Shown here piece after piece: positions 19,111 to 28,716 of a DNA stretch of 61,648 bases. Under the pieces are notes generated by a model, which saw only the letters and a program-made list of their open reading frames with translations, ran no database searches and was not told the DNA's origin. Position 1 is the first letter of the stretch, and every line of letters starts with the position of its first letter. Origin of the DNA: Bacteroidota bacterium (lineage in GTDB: Bacteria > Bacteroidota > Bacteroidia > Bacteroidales > FEN-979); contig JBAXRP010000003.1 of the NCBI GenBank assembly GCA_037131145.1, positions 1 to 61,648 on the forward strand. Direction: 5' to 3'. The position numbers and the translations under genes were made by a program.

Positions 19111-19842
19111 GTGACAACAATCAAGAAAAATGTTACTGTTTTTAACAGTGATGTTGAGGCTAACCAAGGCTACAAATATACTACCAATACAAAGTTTTCA
19201 TCCGTTGTATCAAATTTACGATTGACAAACATAACCCTTGAAAGCATTCCGGCAGGCGTGAAATCATTAATTGATATTGGTTGTGGCGATGGTACTTACA
19301 CTTATGAACTTTATAAGGCAAGAACTGATTTAACCATTGCGGCTACAGATCCTGCTACTAAAGCAGTAGAACTTGCGAAGCAAAATTATTCGAATATTGA
19401 TTTTTTCCCTTCTAATATTTTGGTGCCAGAAAGTTTTGCCAACAGACATTATGATATGGCAGTTATCAGAGGTGTTTTACACCATTTATCAGATCCGAAA
19501 AAAGCCATTGAAAACACATTAGACCTTGTCAACTATATGTTAATCATAGAACCAAATGGGAATAATCCTGTTTTAAAATATATTGAAAAACATTCGGCAT
19601 ACCATGTTGAGCATGAGGAACAATCCTTCACAACAAGCCAATTAAAAAACTGGTGCGGCGATGCCGGATGGCAGATTTCTTCCATTCAATATGTTGGGTT
19701 TGTTCCTTTTTTTTTCCCAACGTTTTTGTCGAAAATGATCTATTTTTTCCAACCATTTATGGAAAAAATTCCAATGCTAAGGTTTTATTTAAGTGGACAA
19801 ATAGTAATTCTTTGCCAAAAAAATAAAAATGGGAAGCGTTAA
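19111..19842 (+). CDS. Class I SAM-dependent methyltransferase
   Basis: LIDIGCGDG, GVLHHL, IIEPN; GTG start. Confidence 0.85.
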   Translation: MTTIKKNVTVFNSDVEANQGYKYTTNTKFSSVVSNLRLTNITLESIPAGVKSLIDIGCGDGTYTYELYKARTDLTIAATDPATKAVELAKQNYSNIDFFPSNILVPESFANRHYDMAVIRGVLHHLSDPKKAIENTLDLVNYMLIIEPNGNNPVLKYIEKHSAYHVEHEEQSFTTSQLKNWCGDAGWQISSIQYVGFVPFFFPTFLSKMIYFFQPFMEKIPMLRFYLSGQIVILCQKNKNGKR

Positions 19843-20539
19843 AGACGACCGAGGTTATAATCAAGGTTTTAAACCAGGAAAAACTTTAACAATTCGAACT
19901 CAGCGACGATGTGCCTGGATGATTCAACAGATGGATTCGTCGAATCAAAAGGATATTCTGGAAATTGGATGTGGAACGGGTGAGTTGTCATCAATTCTTG
20001 CTGAAAAAACAAATCACCATGTTTTAGGGACAGATCTTTGCGCTCCTTTTATTAATCAGGCAGGGCTAAATTATAAACGCCCAAACCTTCAATTTCAAGT
20101 ATTGGATTTTCATAATCCACAGCGCCTGGGAGAAAAGAAATTTGATTACATCGTGGGAAACGGTATTTTACATCATCTTTATACTAATCTCGATAATTCG
20201 CTGAAAGCCCTGAGCAATCTACTAAAGGATGATGGGAAATTACTTTTTATTGAACCAAATATTTATAACCCCTATTGTTTTATTATTTTTGGAACAACTC
20301 CTTTCTTCAGAAAAATGGCTAACCTTGAACCCGATGAAATGGCTTTTTCAGGTAAGTATATTACCCGTTTGCTGAAAAAGCAAAACTACTCTGAAATAAG
20401 TGTTGAATATCGGGATTTTCTATTGCCAAATACTCCGACATTTCTGGTCAATCCGACAATTGCAATAGGCTCTGTTTTAGAAAAGATTCCAATAATAAAA
20501 TATTTAAGCCAATCAATTTTCATTTCTGCAAAAAAATGA
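19829..20539 (+). CDS. Class I SAM-dependent methyltransferase
   Basis: ILEIGCGTG, GILHHL, FIEPN. Confidence 0.85.
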   Translation: MGSVKDDRGYNQGFKPGKTLTIRTQRRCAWMIQQMDSSNQKDILEIGCGTGELSSILAEKTNHHVLGTDLCAPFINQAGLNYKRPNLQFQVLDFHNPQRLGEKKFDYIVGNGILHHLYTNLDNSLKALSNLLKDDGKLLFIEPNIYNPYCFIIFGTTPFFRKMANLEPDEMAFSGKYITRLLKKQNYSEISVEYRDFLLPNTPTFLVNPTIAIGSVLEKIPIIKYLSQSIFISAKK

Positions 20540-20573
20540 ATCTTCTATTTCAAAGATGCATTTCCTTTCAACA

Positions 20574-20946
20574 GGTGGAGCTGGAGGGATTCGAACCCTC
20601 GTCCAAACAAGTAGCAAAAGCGCTTTCTACATGCTTAGCCTTTTATTAATTGTCGGGAACCGGCTGGTAAAAAGCAAACCTACCTGATCCTTAGTCCCTG
20701 TTTTTTCACCCAGACGGCAGAACAACGCCCGGATTATCTCAACTTTTGCGATGCCTCATCCGAAACACCGTTGAGAAAGGTTTTTCGGGAGACAAGACGC
20801 GCCTAATTTCTAAAATTAAGCAGCAAGTCTGTATGAGTAATTGTCGCCGTTTATAGGCATTGAGAACTGACTTTTTACGAGGTCGGCTCACGAACACTCG
20901 GCATGCTTACGATCCCACTTCCCTGCTGTCAAAACCGGTCAGCCCC
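20574..20946 (-). ncRNA. ssrA: tmRNA; tag peptide (A)GDNYSYRLAA at 20848-20816
   Basis: Minus strand starts GGGGCTGACCGGTTTTGACAG and ends GGACGAGGGTTCGAATCCCTCCAGCTCCACC; internal reading frame ends LAA-stop. Confidence 0.95.
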
Positions 20947-20963
20947 ATGGAATTATCAATTGG

Positions 20964-20971
20964 CAAAAGTA
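20964..20971 (-). promoter_or_regulatory. Bacteroidetes -7 promoter element for ssrA
   Basis: TACTTTTG matches TAnnTTTG, ~18 nt upstream of the tmRNA 5' end. Confidence 0.7.
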
Positions 20972-21037
20972 GTGTTTATTTTATTGTACCAAGGTGGTTC
21001 AGACTATTTGTATTGCAAATACTTTCGTGAAATAAAT

Positions 21038-22747
21038 TCATTGGTTTGCTTTATCAATTTGTTGCAGAAGTTTGCCTGCCTCTTCGTTTCCGGGATATAA
21101 TCTGAGAACTTTCAAGCAATACACTCTGGCGCTGTCGAAATTCCTTTTGTGATAATTGGCAACGATAAGGTTGAAATTGGCATTCAAATTATCAGGGGAA
21201 TGCGTGAGGTATTTCTTAAAATCTGCAATAGCTGAATCATGTCTATCGAGTTTATCTGTACAAAGAATGCCCCGGTATATATAGGATTCATATTCTTTCG
21301 GATTGAGTTTGATCGTATTGGAATAATCGGCAAAGGCAAGTTCATACTTACCGATATGGTCATATATTATACCTCTGTTCTTGTACAATGAAAAATTTGT
21401 GGAATCAATCTTCAATCCATCAGTCAGGTCATTAATAGCCTTATCATATTGTTTGTTTTCATTAAAAATAAATGCTCTGTTAATATATGCTGAAATACAT
21501 CTTGGATTTTTTTCCATCACATCGGTCCATAACGACACACTGTCTTTCCATACCAGGTTGCGATTCCATGTCAGGAAAATTAGAAATAAAATCACCACAA
21601 TTCCGGTAGTATCAAGTATTTTTTTCCTTTTTACAGCAATAGACTGCCGCTTTTTCCAGAAAGAAATTGCGGCGATTGTGGCAAAACCTATGTAAGGAAT
21701 GTATGTGTAACGTTCGGCGACAAAAGCAGGTCCTACTGGCAGGAATTGCAACACCGGGAAGATTGTGAAAAGAAAGAATAACAGTCCAAAAGTAATATAA
21801 TTATCATTTTTCCATGTTTTCCATAATGCAAAGGCAATTAGAATTAAAATTAGAGGCGAAAAATATATATAAAATGGAACATCTCCCTGAAGCGTAACAG
21901 GGTAAGTATAAACAACTGTCTGATAAAATGGAAACAGGAATTTTATTATGTAAATGAAGATTCCATAAGGAGCATAAAAAAGGGTTTGAAACAGAGGTAT
22001 TTCCAGCGGGTTAATGAAGTTGCTTGCCTTCTGGGCAAAAACGGCGATGATGCCAAAGATGAGAGATAATATTAAAAAAGGAATTTTTTCCAGAATTGTC
22101 TTCCAGGTAAATTTTCGGGATAAGAAATAGTCTGTCAGAAACAGTACTAACGGTAAGGTAACGGCTTGAGCTTTTGAAAGCAATGAAAAAACAAAGAAAA
22201 TGAGCGTAAAAATGAAAAATGATGTTTTGCAATTGCGTACGTAATACAAATATGAAATTAATGAGAGAAAGAAATAGGCTGTATAAAGCAGGTCTTTCCG
22301 CTCAGAAATCCAGGCAACAGATTCTACATGCATAGGATGAATTGCAAAAAGCAAAGCAATGGTGACAGCAATATTTACATTCTTTTTCAACAGGTGGAAA
22401 AAAAACACGTAAACGAGAAAGGAATTAACAAGGTGCAATATCAGGTTATGAAAGTGGTAACCTTGTGCAGATAATTTAAAGAGATGATAATCAAAGGAAA
22501 AGCTCAGGATTATAAATGGATGGTAATTTCCCATAAAATAAGTTGAAAATATTTTCCTGAAGTTTACCAAGGAAAAGGCAGTAATCATATCATTGTTCAT
22601 GATGTAAACAATGTCGTCCCAATTTACAAATTCGTTGTTCAGGGATGGGAAGAAAGCTATTAAAATGGCAAATCCCAATAGGAGAATTTTCCAATTCAAC
22701 AACTTCGCTTCTTTTAGGCTGATCTTCTTTTTATTCGCCATAATCAT
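21038..22747 (-). CDS. TMTC-like GT-C membrane glycosyltransferase with TPRs
   Basis: FVNWDD, FMGNYHP, HPMHVESVAWISERKD, AERYTYIPYIG; close paralog of 10217..12775. Confidence 0.85.
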   Translation of the reverse strand: MIMANKKKISLKEAKLLNWKILLLGFAILIAFFPSLNNEFVNWDDIVYIMNNDMITAFSLVNFRKIFSTYFMGNYHPFIILSFSFDYHLFKLSAQGYHFHNLILHLVNSFLVYVFFFHLLKKNVNIAVTIALLFAIHPMHVESVAWISERKDLLYTAYFFLSLISYLYYVRNCKTSFFIFTLIFFVFSLLSKAQAVTLPLVLFLTDYFLSRKFTWKTILEKIPFLILSLIFGIIAVFAQKASNFINPLEIPLFQTLFYAPYGIFIYIIKFLFPFYQTVVYTYPVTLQGDVPFYIYFSPLILILIAFALWKTWKNDNYITFGLLFFLFTIFPVLQFLPVGPAFVAERYTYIPYIGFATIAAISFWKKRQSIAVKRKKILDTTGIVVILFLIFLTWNRNLVWKDSVSLWTDVMEKNPRCISAYINRAFIFNENKQYDKAINDLTDGLKIDSTNFSLYKNRGIIYDHIGKYELAFADYSNTIKLNPKEYESYIYRGILCTDKLDRHDSAIADFKKYLTHSPDNLNANFNLIVANYHKRNFDSARVYCLKVLRLYPGNEEAGKLLQQIDKANQ

Positions 22748-23729
22748 TAAAGGAAAGAATTGTATTTACGAACTTTGAAATATCATAAGGGGTGTGAAAA
22801 ATATGATGGAGTTCGGCGATAATAGGGAAATGGTTTTCAACAATAATTTTTTTAGACATTTCTGTATAAAAAGTATTGACAGCAGTTTTTCCTTCTAAAA
22901 CCAGGTCGTGTGAGATATGTTCACTAAAGAAACCCTTACCGATAAGTAGTCCAAAAGTGCGGTTACGGCTTAGGTCATTTAAAGCCGTAAGAGTGAAATC
23001 GCCGTATCCACAGTAATTGAACAAAGTTTTCTCGCGCCCTCCGAACCATTGTAACACGCTTCGCATCTCCCTGAAGGCTTTGGTAAGAATCATAAACCTC
23101 AGATTTGGCGAGTTGAATTGTGCATCAACTATACCGATGACAACGGCATAGATATTTTTCAGGATGCTTAGCAGTTCAACGCCGAGAATGTCATCAGAAT
23201 AATCAAGATGAATACTTGTGCTTTCAAATAAAAGTGAGATTTGTGAAATATCAAGATTTTGCTGGTGACCAAAAGTAAGCCCGGTTGGCAGTCGGTTAAT
23301 AATTTCCCTTGCAAAACCAGGTCCTTTAAGGGCGCTAACCCTGTTTGGTAAAATTTCCAATAAACATTCTATAATCGTCTTACTTCCATAGCCGAAGCCC
23401 TTAGCAAGATTTATAAAATGGGCTTCCGGTGGCAGATGAGTTCGAATGGTTTTGAGGTAATCAATCATGACTACCGAAGGAACTGCCAGAAATATAATTT
23501 CGCTATGTTCAAGAAGTTGGTTATCGGTAGTTGCATGAAGCCCTTTATGCAAACGAATTGTTGGAAAGTATCTGGAATTTAAATGGTTAAGATTAATGTC
23601 AGTGACAGTGTCTGGTTCGATAGAGTGAAGAAGAATATTTTCCCGCTCAGTTTCAGCAAGGATATTTCCCAAGGCAGTGCCAATGGTTCCAGCGCCGATA
23701 ATTGATACTCTGTATTGTTTGTTGTTCAT
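22731..23729 (-). CDS. gpsA: NAD(P)H-dependent glycerol-3-phosphate dehydrogenase
   Basis: IIGAGTIGTAL, LAVPS, AKG, GPGFA, GVEL..ILKN, GYGDFTLT, SRN, EG. Confidence 0.85.
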   Translation of the reverse strand: MNNKQYRVSIIGAGTIGTALGNILAETERENILLHSIEPDTVTDINLNHLNSRYFPTIRLHKGLHATTDNQLLEHSEIIFLAVPSVVMIDYLKTIRTHLPPEAHFINLAKGFGYGSKTIIECLLEILPNRVSALKGPGFAREIINRLPTGLTFGHQQNLDISQISLLFESTSIHLDYSDDILGVELLSILKNIYAVVIGIVDAQFNSPNLRFMILTKAFREMRSVLQWFGGREKTLFNYCGYGDFTLTALNDLSRNRTFGLLIGKGFFSEHISHDLVLEGKTAVNTFYTEMSKKIIVENHFPIIAELHHIFHTPYDISKFVNTILSFNDYGE

Positions 23730-23732
23730 AAT

Positions 23733-25958
23733 TTATTTCTTCTGATTTGCCGGAAATTCAAGGTGAAAACATGCGCCATTTTCATTGGATACAGATAATT
23801 TTCCCTCAACTTGTTGAACAAGGATGCTGATGATTTTTGAACCCATGGTTGCTGAGTTTTCCATTGTGAAATTTTCAGGTAACCCTATCCCGTTATCACA
23901 CACTGAAATGCAATATTTTTCATTATCAGCGGGTACGAGACTTACCGTAATAATTCCAGTCAGGCTTCCGGGGAAGGCATATTTGTATGCGTTGGTTAAT
24001 AACTCGTTAATAATTAATCCAACTGGAAGTGTCATCTCGATTGCAAGAGTACATTCGCTGATTTCAGTGATAATCTCTATTCTATTATTACTGAAGGAAT
24101 TAGAAATAATAAGGCAGAGATGTTGAAGGTAGGTATCGAACGGAATGGTGTTGATTTCTTGTGATTTATAAAGTTGTTCATGCACTAACGACATAGTACG
24201 TATTCTAAGTTTCAGATCAGCTAAGGAACTCGAAAGTTTTAAATCTGATGCCTCATCGCGCAACATATCCATCAGACTACCAAGAATAGCAAAATTATTT
24301 TTCACACGATTGTGGATTTCACGAAGCAGAGATTCCTTTTGCCTGGCATTCTCAGATAGTTCTTCCTCAAATCGTTTATTTTCAGAAAAGTCCCTGACCA
24401 CGGTAATAATTTCCTCCACAGAGCCAGTTGACAGATCAACTATTGGGTTTAAAATTGCTTCAGCCCAAAAAGAGGATCCATTCTTCCTGATTGCTTTGTA
24501 ATAATACCGAATAGGTTTTTTAAAATGAAGCATTTCAATAATTTTCTGACTAACTTTTGCCTGAAAAGAAGTTTCTACCAAATCAAGGGGGCTTTTATTT
24601 TTCATAATCTCCTCAACAGTAAATCCATATAATTTTTCACAGGAGTTACTTATGTATAATCGGCTAAGGTTGGCATTTAACAATGAAATGCTGTCGGTTG
24701 TATTTTCTGCCAGAAACCGATGTAGTTCCTCACTTTGTTGCAAAATGTTGTTGGCTTCAATGTTATCTTTTATTTCCTGAACTAACTGTTCGTTTAATTC
24801 ATTAAATCTGTTTTTTCTTCTTTGGTTACTTCGGGTAAGTAAGTCGAGAACAAAAATAAGTGTCAGGAATCCCAGGAACGTGACTTCGAAACCCAATGTT
24901 TGTATTTTACGATTTTTTATCTGAAGATTCTGAATAAGAATTTTCTGTTTTGTTAGCTCATTTTGAGTTTCATTTTCATTAATTGATTGATTTGCCTCCA
25001 GAATAAGAGTTTCAGAACGATTTTTTTCAAGACTCAGCTTAATTCTGTATTCAATACATTTCTGAAAATAATCGTATGCGTCCTGATAGCGTCCTTCAGA
25101 AATTGCAAAATCTTTCATTGCAACGTAAACTGTCGCCAGATAATAGGACTGGTTTAACGGGATAGCCAGGTTTAAAGATTTATTGATATAATAATGCACA
25201 GAGTCATTTTTTCCTAAAAATCCGTAGGCTTCGCCAACATTAAGGTAAGAGGAAGAAAGCAGAGAGATATTGCCTGTTTCTTTACGGATATGCAATGCTT
25301 TTTTGTTGAAAATAAGATTTTGGGTATAATTCCCAGTGGTATAATAGATATTTGCAATTCGAGTATAAAGTATGGCAATTTCCGTAAGGTTATTTTCATC
25401 CGAGAACGAATCAATAGCTTTTCTGTAAAGATAGCCCGCTAAATCAAATTGTTTTTTTTGCCGATATGCATCTCCGATTGATTTTAGCACAAAGCCTTTA
25501 AGGTTCGGATTCGTGGTATTGTTAAAAAATGAAAGGCTAAAATAGAGTGTCCGAATGGCTAAATCATATTGCTTAATTGCAAGGTAATAGTTACCATATA
25601 AGTAAAAAACTTTGGTTTTGGATGATAAATCAGAAGTTTTTGTTGCAAGTTCTGAAATAATCATAAGATATTTTTCAGCCAGTTCAAAATTCCTTATTGA
25701 TATGAATAAAGCAATGACGCGACCATAGTAGTATATTTGATTTCTGATATCTCCGGTTTGTCGAAATATTTCGATGCATTGATAAATCTGCTGAAGGGCT
25801 TTTTCATAATGTTCGTTTTCAGAGTAATAATTAGCTAATTGCGCCAATGAGTCGGTTTGATGAACGATGGTCAAGGAATCTTTAACTGCTTTGAAATCTT
25901 TAGAGCTACCAAAAAAAGGGATGCAAACCGTGAAACAGATTAATATGAGCGCCTTCAT
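23733..25958 (-). CDS. Sensor histidine kinase: periplasmic TPR, TM, PAS, HisKA_2, HATPase
   Basis: REIHNRVKNNF, LVHEQLY, NELLTNAYKYAF, DNGIG; start probably at 25958 (ORF is open to 25991). Confidence 0.85.
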   Translation of the reverse strand: MKALILICFTVCIPFFGSSKDFKAVKDSLTIVHQTDSLAQLANYYSENEHYEKALQQIYQCIEIFRQTGDIRNQIYYYGRVIALFISIRNFELAEKYLMIISELATKTSDLSSKTKVFYLYGNYYLAIKQYDLAIRTLYFSLSFFNNTTNPNLKGFVLKSIGDAYRQKKQFDLAGYLYRKAIDSFSDENNLTEIAILYTRIANIYYTTGNYTQNLIFNKKALHIRKETGNISLLSSSYLNVGEAYGFLGKNDSVHYYINKSLNLAIPLNQSYYLATVYVAMKDFAISEGRYQDAYDYFQKCIEYRIKLSLEKNRSETLILEANQSINENETQNELTKQKILIQNLQIKNRKIQTLGFEVTFLGFLTLIFVLDLLTRSNQRRKNRFNELNEQLVQEIKDNIEANNILQQSEELHRFLAENTTDSISLLNANLSRLYISNSCEKLYGFTVEEIMKNKSPLDLVETSFQAKVSQKIIEMLHFKKPIRYYYKAIRKNGSSFWAEAILNPIVDLSTGSVEEIITVVRDFSENKRFEEELSENARQKESLLREIHNRVKNNFAILGSLMDMLRDEASDLKLSSSLADLKLRIRTMSLVHEQLYKSQEINTIPFDTYLQHLCLIISNSFSNNRIEIITEISECTLAIEMTLPVGLIINELLTNAYKYAFPGSLTGIITVSLVPADNEKYCISVCDNGIGLPENFTMENSATMGSKIISILVQQVEGKLSVSNENGACFHLEFPANQKK

Positions 25959-25997
25959 GTGGTAATAGATCGAAAAGTTAAGACTATTCAAATAAAA

Positions 25998-27257
25998 TTA
26001 GATTAAAAGGTTATTGACTTTTGCATATTCAATTAATTTATAGAATACAGGGGCGGCATCGTGATATTTAATCTTTATAAAAACCGTATTGTGAAACAAT
26101 ATTGAAACCTTAAAATTAAAATGTTTATTAATCCAATTGAGGTTTTCAAAAAATAAATTGACATTAAAAGATTCTCTATGGTTGATAAAGTTATTATCCA
26201 TGAAAAAAAGAGGTATTTCAATACAATCATAAGATTTATGATTGTTAAAGTCAAACAGATGAAAAGGGCCGCATATACCATTTCTAAATCCATAATCGTT
26301 CGGAAAGCCCAGAGTATAGTCAGTCTTTATTTTTAATTTTTTAAATATTTCCGGGGTGGTTCTGATATCAAACTTTAAAAAATGCTGACGATTAATTTTT
26401 GATGTTTTTGGGCAGGCTTTTTCTAAAGCATTAATTTGTCTTTCAAACTCCTGACTATTCTGAAAAGTATCATAACCGGCGTGCAAACCAATACTGGCAT
26501 TATTCTTTAAAACATCTGAGAAAATATTTTGCATTTTACTTGAATGGACATCGTAGTCTCCATCCTTTTTTGATTTATTACTTAGGAAAAAGAATACAGA
26601 TGGTATCTGGTTTTGCTTCTCAAAATGTAATAATTTATACAACGCTTGGGTATAATAATCATAAGAACCAAAGAGTTTTTGTTGTAAAGCCTTCATTATA
26701 GGCAATAAAGCGGTACTTTTCTTTGACCGTAGGCTAACACCTATCATCTCCATCCACCCGCTGTTCAAACGGTCAATATCATGAGTAACTATTATTTGTG
26801 ATTTTGCTTTTGTTCCAAGCGATTTTTTTTGTACGGCAATATTAAATTTTTTCAGGTGTTGCGCCAACAGGTCAAAATAAATATTGACAATAGGTAAATG
26901 AAGGAAATTGAATCGGTATTGAAGTGATTTTACAAGGGGAAAACGTTGATGAATATCCCTTTCATGTAAAATATATTCCTGTAGCCCACTCAGAAAAAGG
27001 AAACCATTTATGAAAGGATCGAATTTTAACATGTTCTCCGATTCATCGGCATTTGAATACATGAAAACAGGTATCTTTTTCGTTTCAAAAGTAAACCAAA
27101 ATGGATCAGGATTTTGAAGTATGTTTGTAAATTCAATCAACGATACAGAGTTATATTGAATGAAATAGTCTGTAATAGAAATATTTGAAGATAATTCATA
27201 GTAATCTCTGAAATGACCTTCCATGTAATTATAAATTGCCTGCCTGTTAAGATACAT
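25998..27257 (-). CDS. Polysaccharide deacetylase family protein
   Basis: VTHDID, IGLHAGY, RQHFL, DYTLGF...GFRNG, EIPL..MD, LFHN. Confidence 0.8.
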   Translation of the reverse strand: MYLNRQAIYNYMEGHFRDYYELSSNISITDYFIQYNSVSLIEFTNILQNPDPFWFTFETKKIPVFMYSNADESENMLKFDPFINGFLFLSGLQEYILHERDIHQRFPLVKSLQYRFNFLHLPIVNIYFDLLAQHLKKFNIAVQKKSLGTKAKSQIIVTHDIDRLNSGWMEMIGVSLRSKKSTALLPIMKALQQKLFGSYDYYTQALYKLLHFEKQNQIPSVFFFLSNKSKKDGDYDVHSSKMQNIFSDVLKNNASIGLHAGYDTFQNSQEFERQINALEKACPKTSKINRQHFLKFDIRTTPEIFKKLKIKTDYTLGFPNDYGFRNGICGPFHLFDFNNHKSYDCIEIPLFFMDNNFINHRESFNVNLFFENLNWINKHFNFKVSILFHNTVFIKIKYHDAAPVFYKLIEYAKVNNLLI

Positions 27258-28716
27258 TTGAAGCGAGTTTGATTCTGATTGCAGAAATCAGATGAATAAT
27301 TTGTTTTTTGTATGAAAAGTACATGAGTATTGAAATTACCACGGAAGGAATCAGCCATAAAAGGTAAAAATTAATTGGATTCCAGAGTTGCACCAAAGTT
27401 GCTCCGACCATTAAAAGGAAAAAAACTACAGGTAAAATAATGATTTTAGCCCAGTTATATTGAATCGGGAAATGTCTTAAAGATATTACCGAGATAAATG
27501 TTGTCTGAATAATTTTACTTAAAGCAGAACTGATGATAAGGCTCCAGATACCAAAAACGGGAATCAGGAAAATATTCATCAGAATATTAATAATTGTTGA
27601 GACAAAGAAAACCCCTGGCAGATATATTGTCTTCTTTAAATAATACAGTGGGATAGCAAAAATCAAATACAATAAACGAAAAATATACAACACGGAAATT
27701 GCTCCCAAATAGATAGAACTTGTCCGATATTTAATGTCAATTACGAAATCAATAATTATCTGAGCAAGAAAAATAATACCGATCATACCAGTTATCGAGA
27801 TTACAATGAGCAAATGAGCGTTTGTTCTGATGCTTTCAATATAATCTTTAGGTTTGTTCTTCATCAACTCGTTAAATTCAGGGGTTATATGAGCATTTAC
27901 GGCAGTCAGAAGCATGTCAACCACAATAGTCAGGTTAAATGCCATTTGATATAAAGCTAACTGGTTTGTCCGGCACGTTAAAATGTTAAAAACGAATTGG
28001 TCAGAAAAAGTTGACAGCCAGTACAGTCCATTGTAAAATACTATCGGCAAGAAAAAAAACCATTCCTTATAAATATATTTCAGCTTAAAACTTAATTGAA
28101 ATGATTTTTTCGACCTGATATAAAATAGGAGGATTATTAATGCAATCCCGGCAAATCTGCCAATAAACGTACCGAGTATTTTGTTGTTAAATGCGAACAA
28201 ACCAATTGAGGAACCAATTATCTGAAAGAAGAAAATCAGAATGGAGAAGATAAAGTTTTCTTTATTGTTGCGCTCAACTCGTAAAATACTTTGTATGACC
28301 CGGGTAAATGAGAGGTTCAATGCGTTAAGGGTTACTATTCCCAGTAATATTTGATAATCAGGGATTGTATTGTTAAAAAGTTGACGGTTAATATCAGCAT
28401 TAAAGGGAAATAGCAGGAGCAGAAATATTACAGTAAGAATTAAAAAGCAACTGAAAATAGTTCCGTAAAACTCTTTCAGTTTATTTTTATCTTCCTGGTA
28501 TTCATAATAAAACCGTGTAATTAATTGATCGGCGCCGAATGAAATAAAAATGAATATAAGATTAGTATAAAGATTAATTAAGTTATAAATCGAAAATTCA
28601 GCCTCAGTAAGGTAATTCGAATAGAGTTTAATCATCACAAATCCAGCTAATGGAGGAAGGATTTGAATAAGAGTAAAGAAGGCAGTTTGGGAAAAAAATT
28701 GTTTTACTCTATTCAT
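27247..28716 (-). CDS. wzx: Wzx-type oligosaccharide flippase
   Basis: 489 aa, ~12-14 TM helices, N-terminal YSNYLTEAEF, C-terminal NILMNIFLIPVFGIW. Confidence 0.8.
   Translation of the reverse strand: MNRVKQFFSQTAFFTLIQILPPLAGFVMIKLYSNYLTEAEFSIYNLINLYTNLIFIFISFGADQLITRFYYEYQEDKNKLKEFYGTIFSCFLILTVIFLLLLFPFNADINRQLFNNTIPDYQILLGIVTLNALNLSFTRVIQSILRVERNNKENFIFSILIFFFQIIGSSIGLFAFNNKILGTFIGRFAGIALIILLFYIRSKKSFQLSFKLKYIYKEWFFFLPIVFYNGLYWLSTFSDQFVFNILTCRTNQLALYQMAFNLTIVVDMLLTAVNAHITPEFNELMKNKPKDYIESIRTNAHLLIVISITGMIGIIFLAQIIIDFVIDIKYRTSSIYLGAISVLYIFRLLYLIFAIPLYYLKKTIYLPGVFFVSTIINILMNIFLIPVFGIWSLIISSALSKIIQTTFISVISLRHFPIQYNWAKIIILPVVFFLLMVGATLVQLWNPINFYLLWLIPSVVISILMYFSYKKQIIHLISAIRIKLASNVS

Noticed and set aside
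8360-20573. Intact integrative element at ssrA
   Set aside because: No integrase, and I could not see a duplicated ssrA 3' end by eye
20574-20610. tRNA gene
   Set aside because: The T-arm and acceptor sequence are the 3' tRNA-like domain of tmRNA
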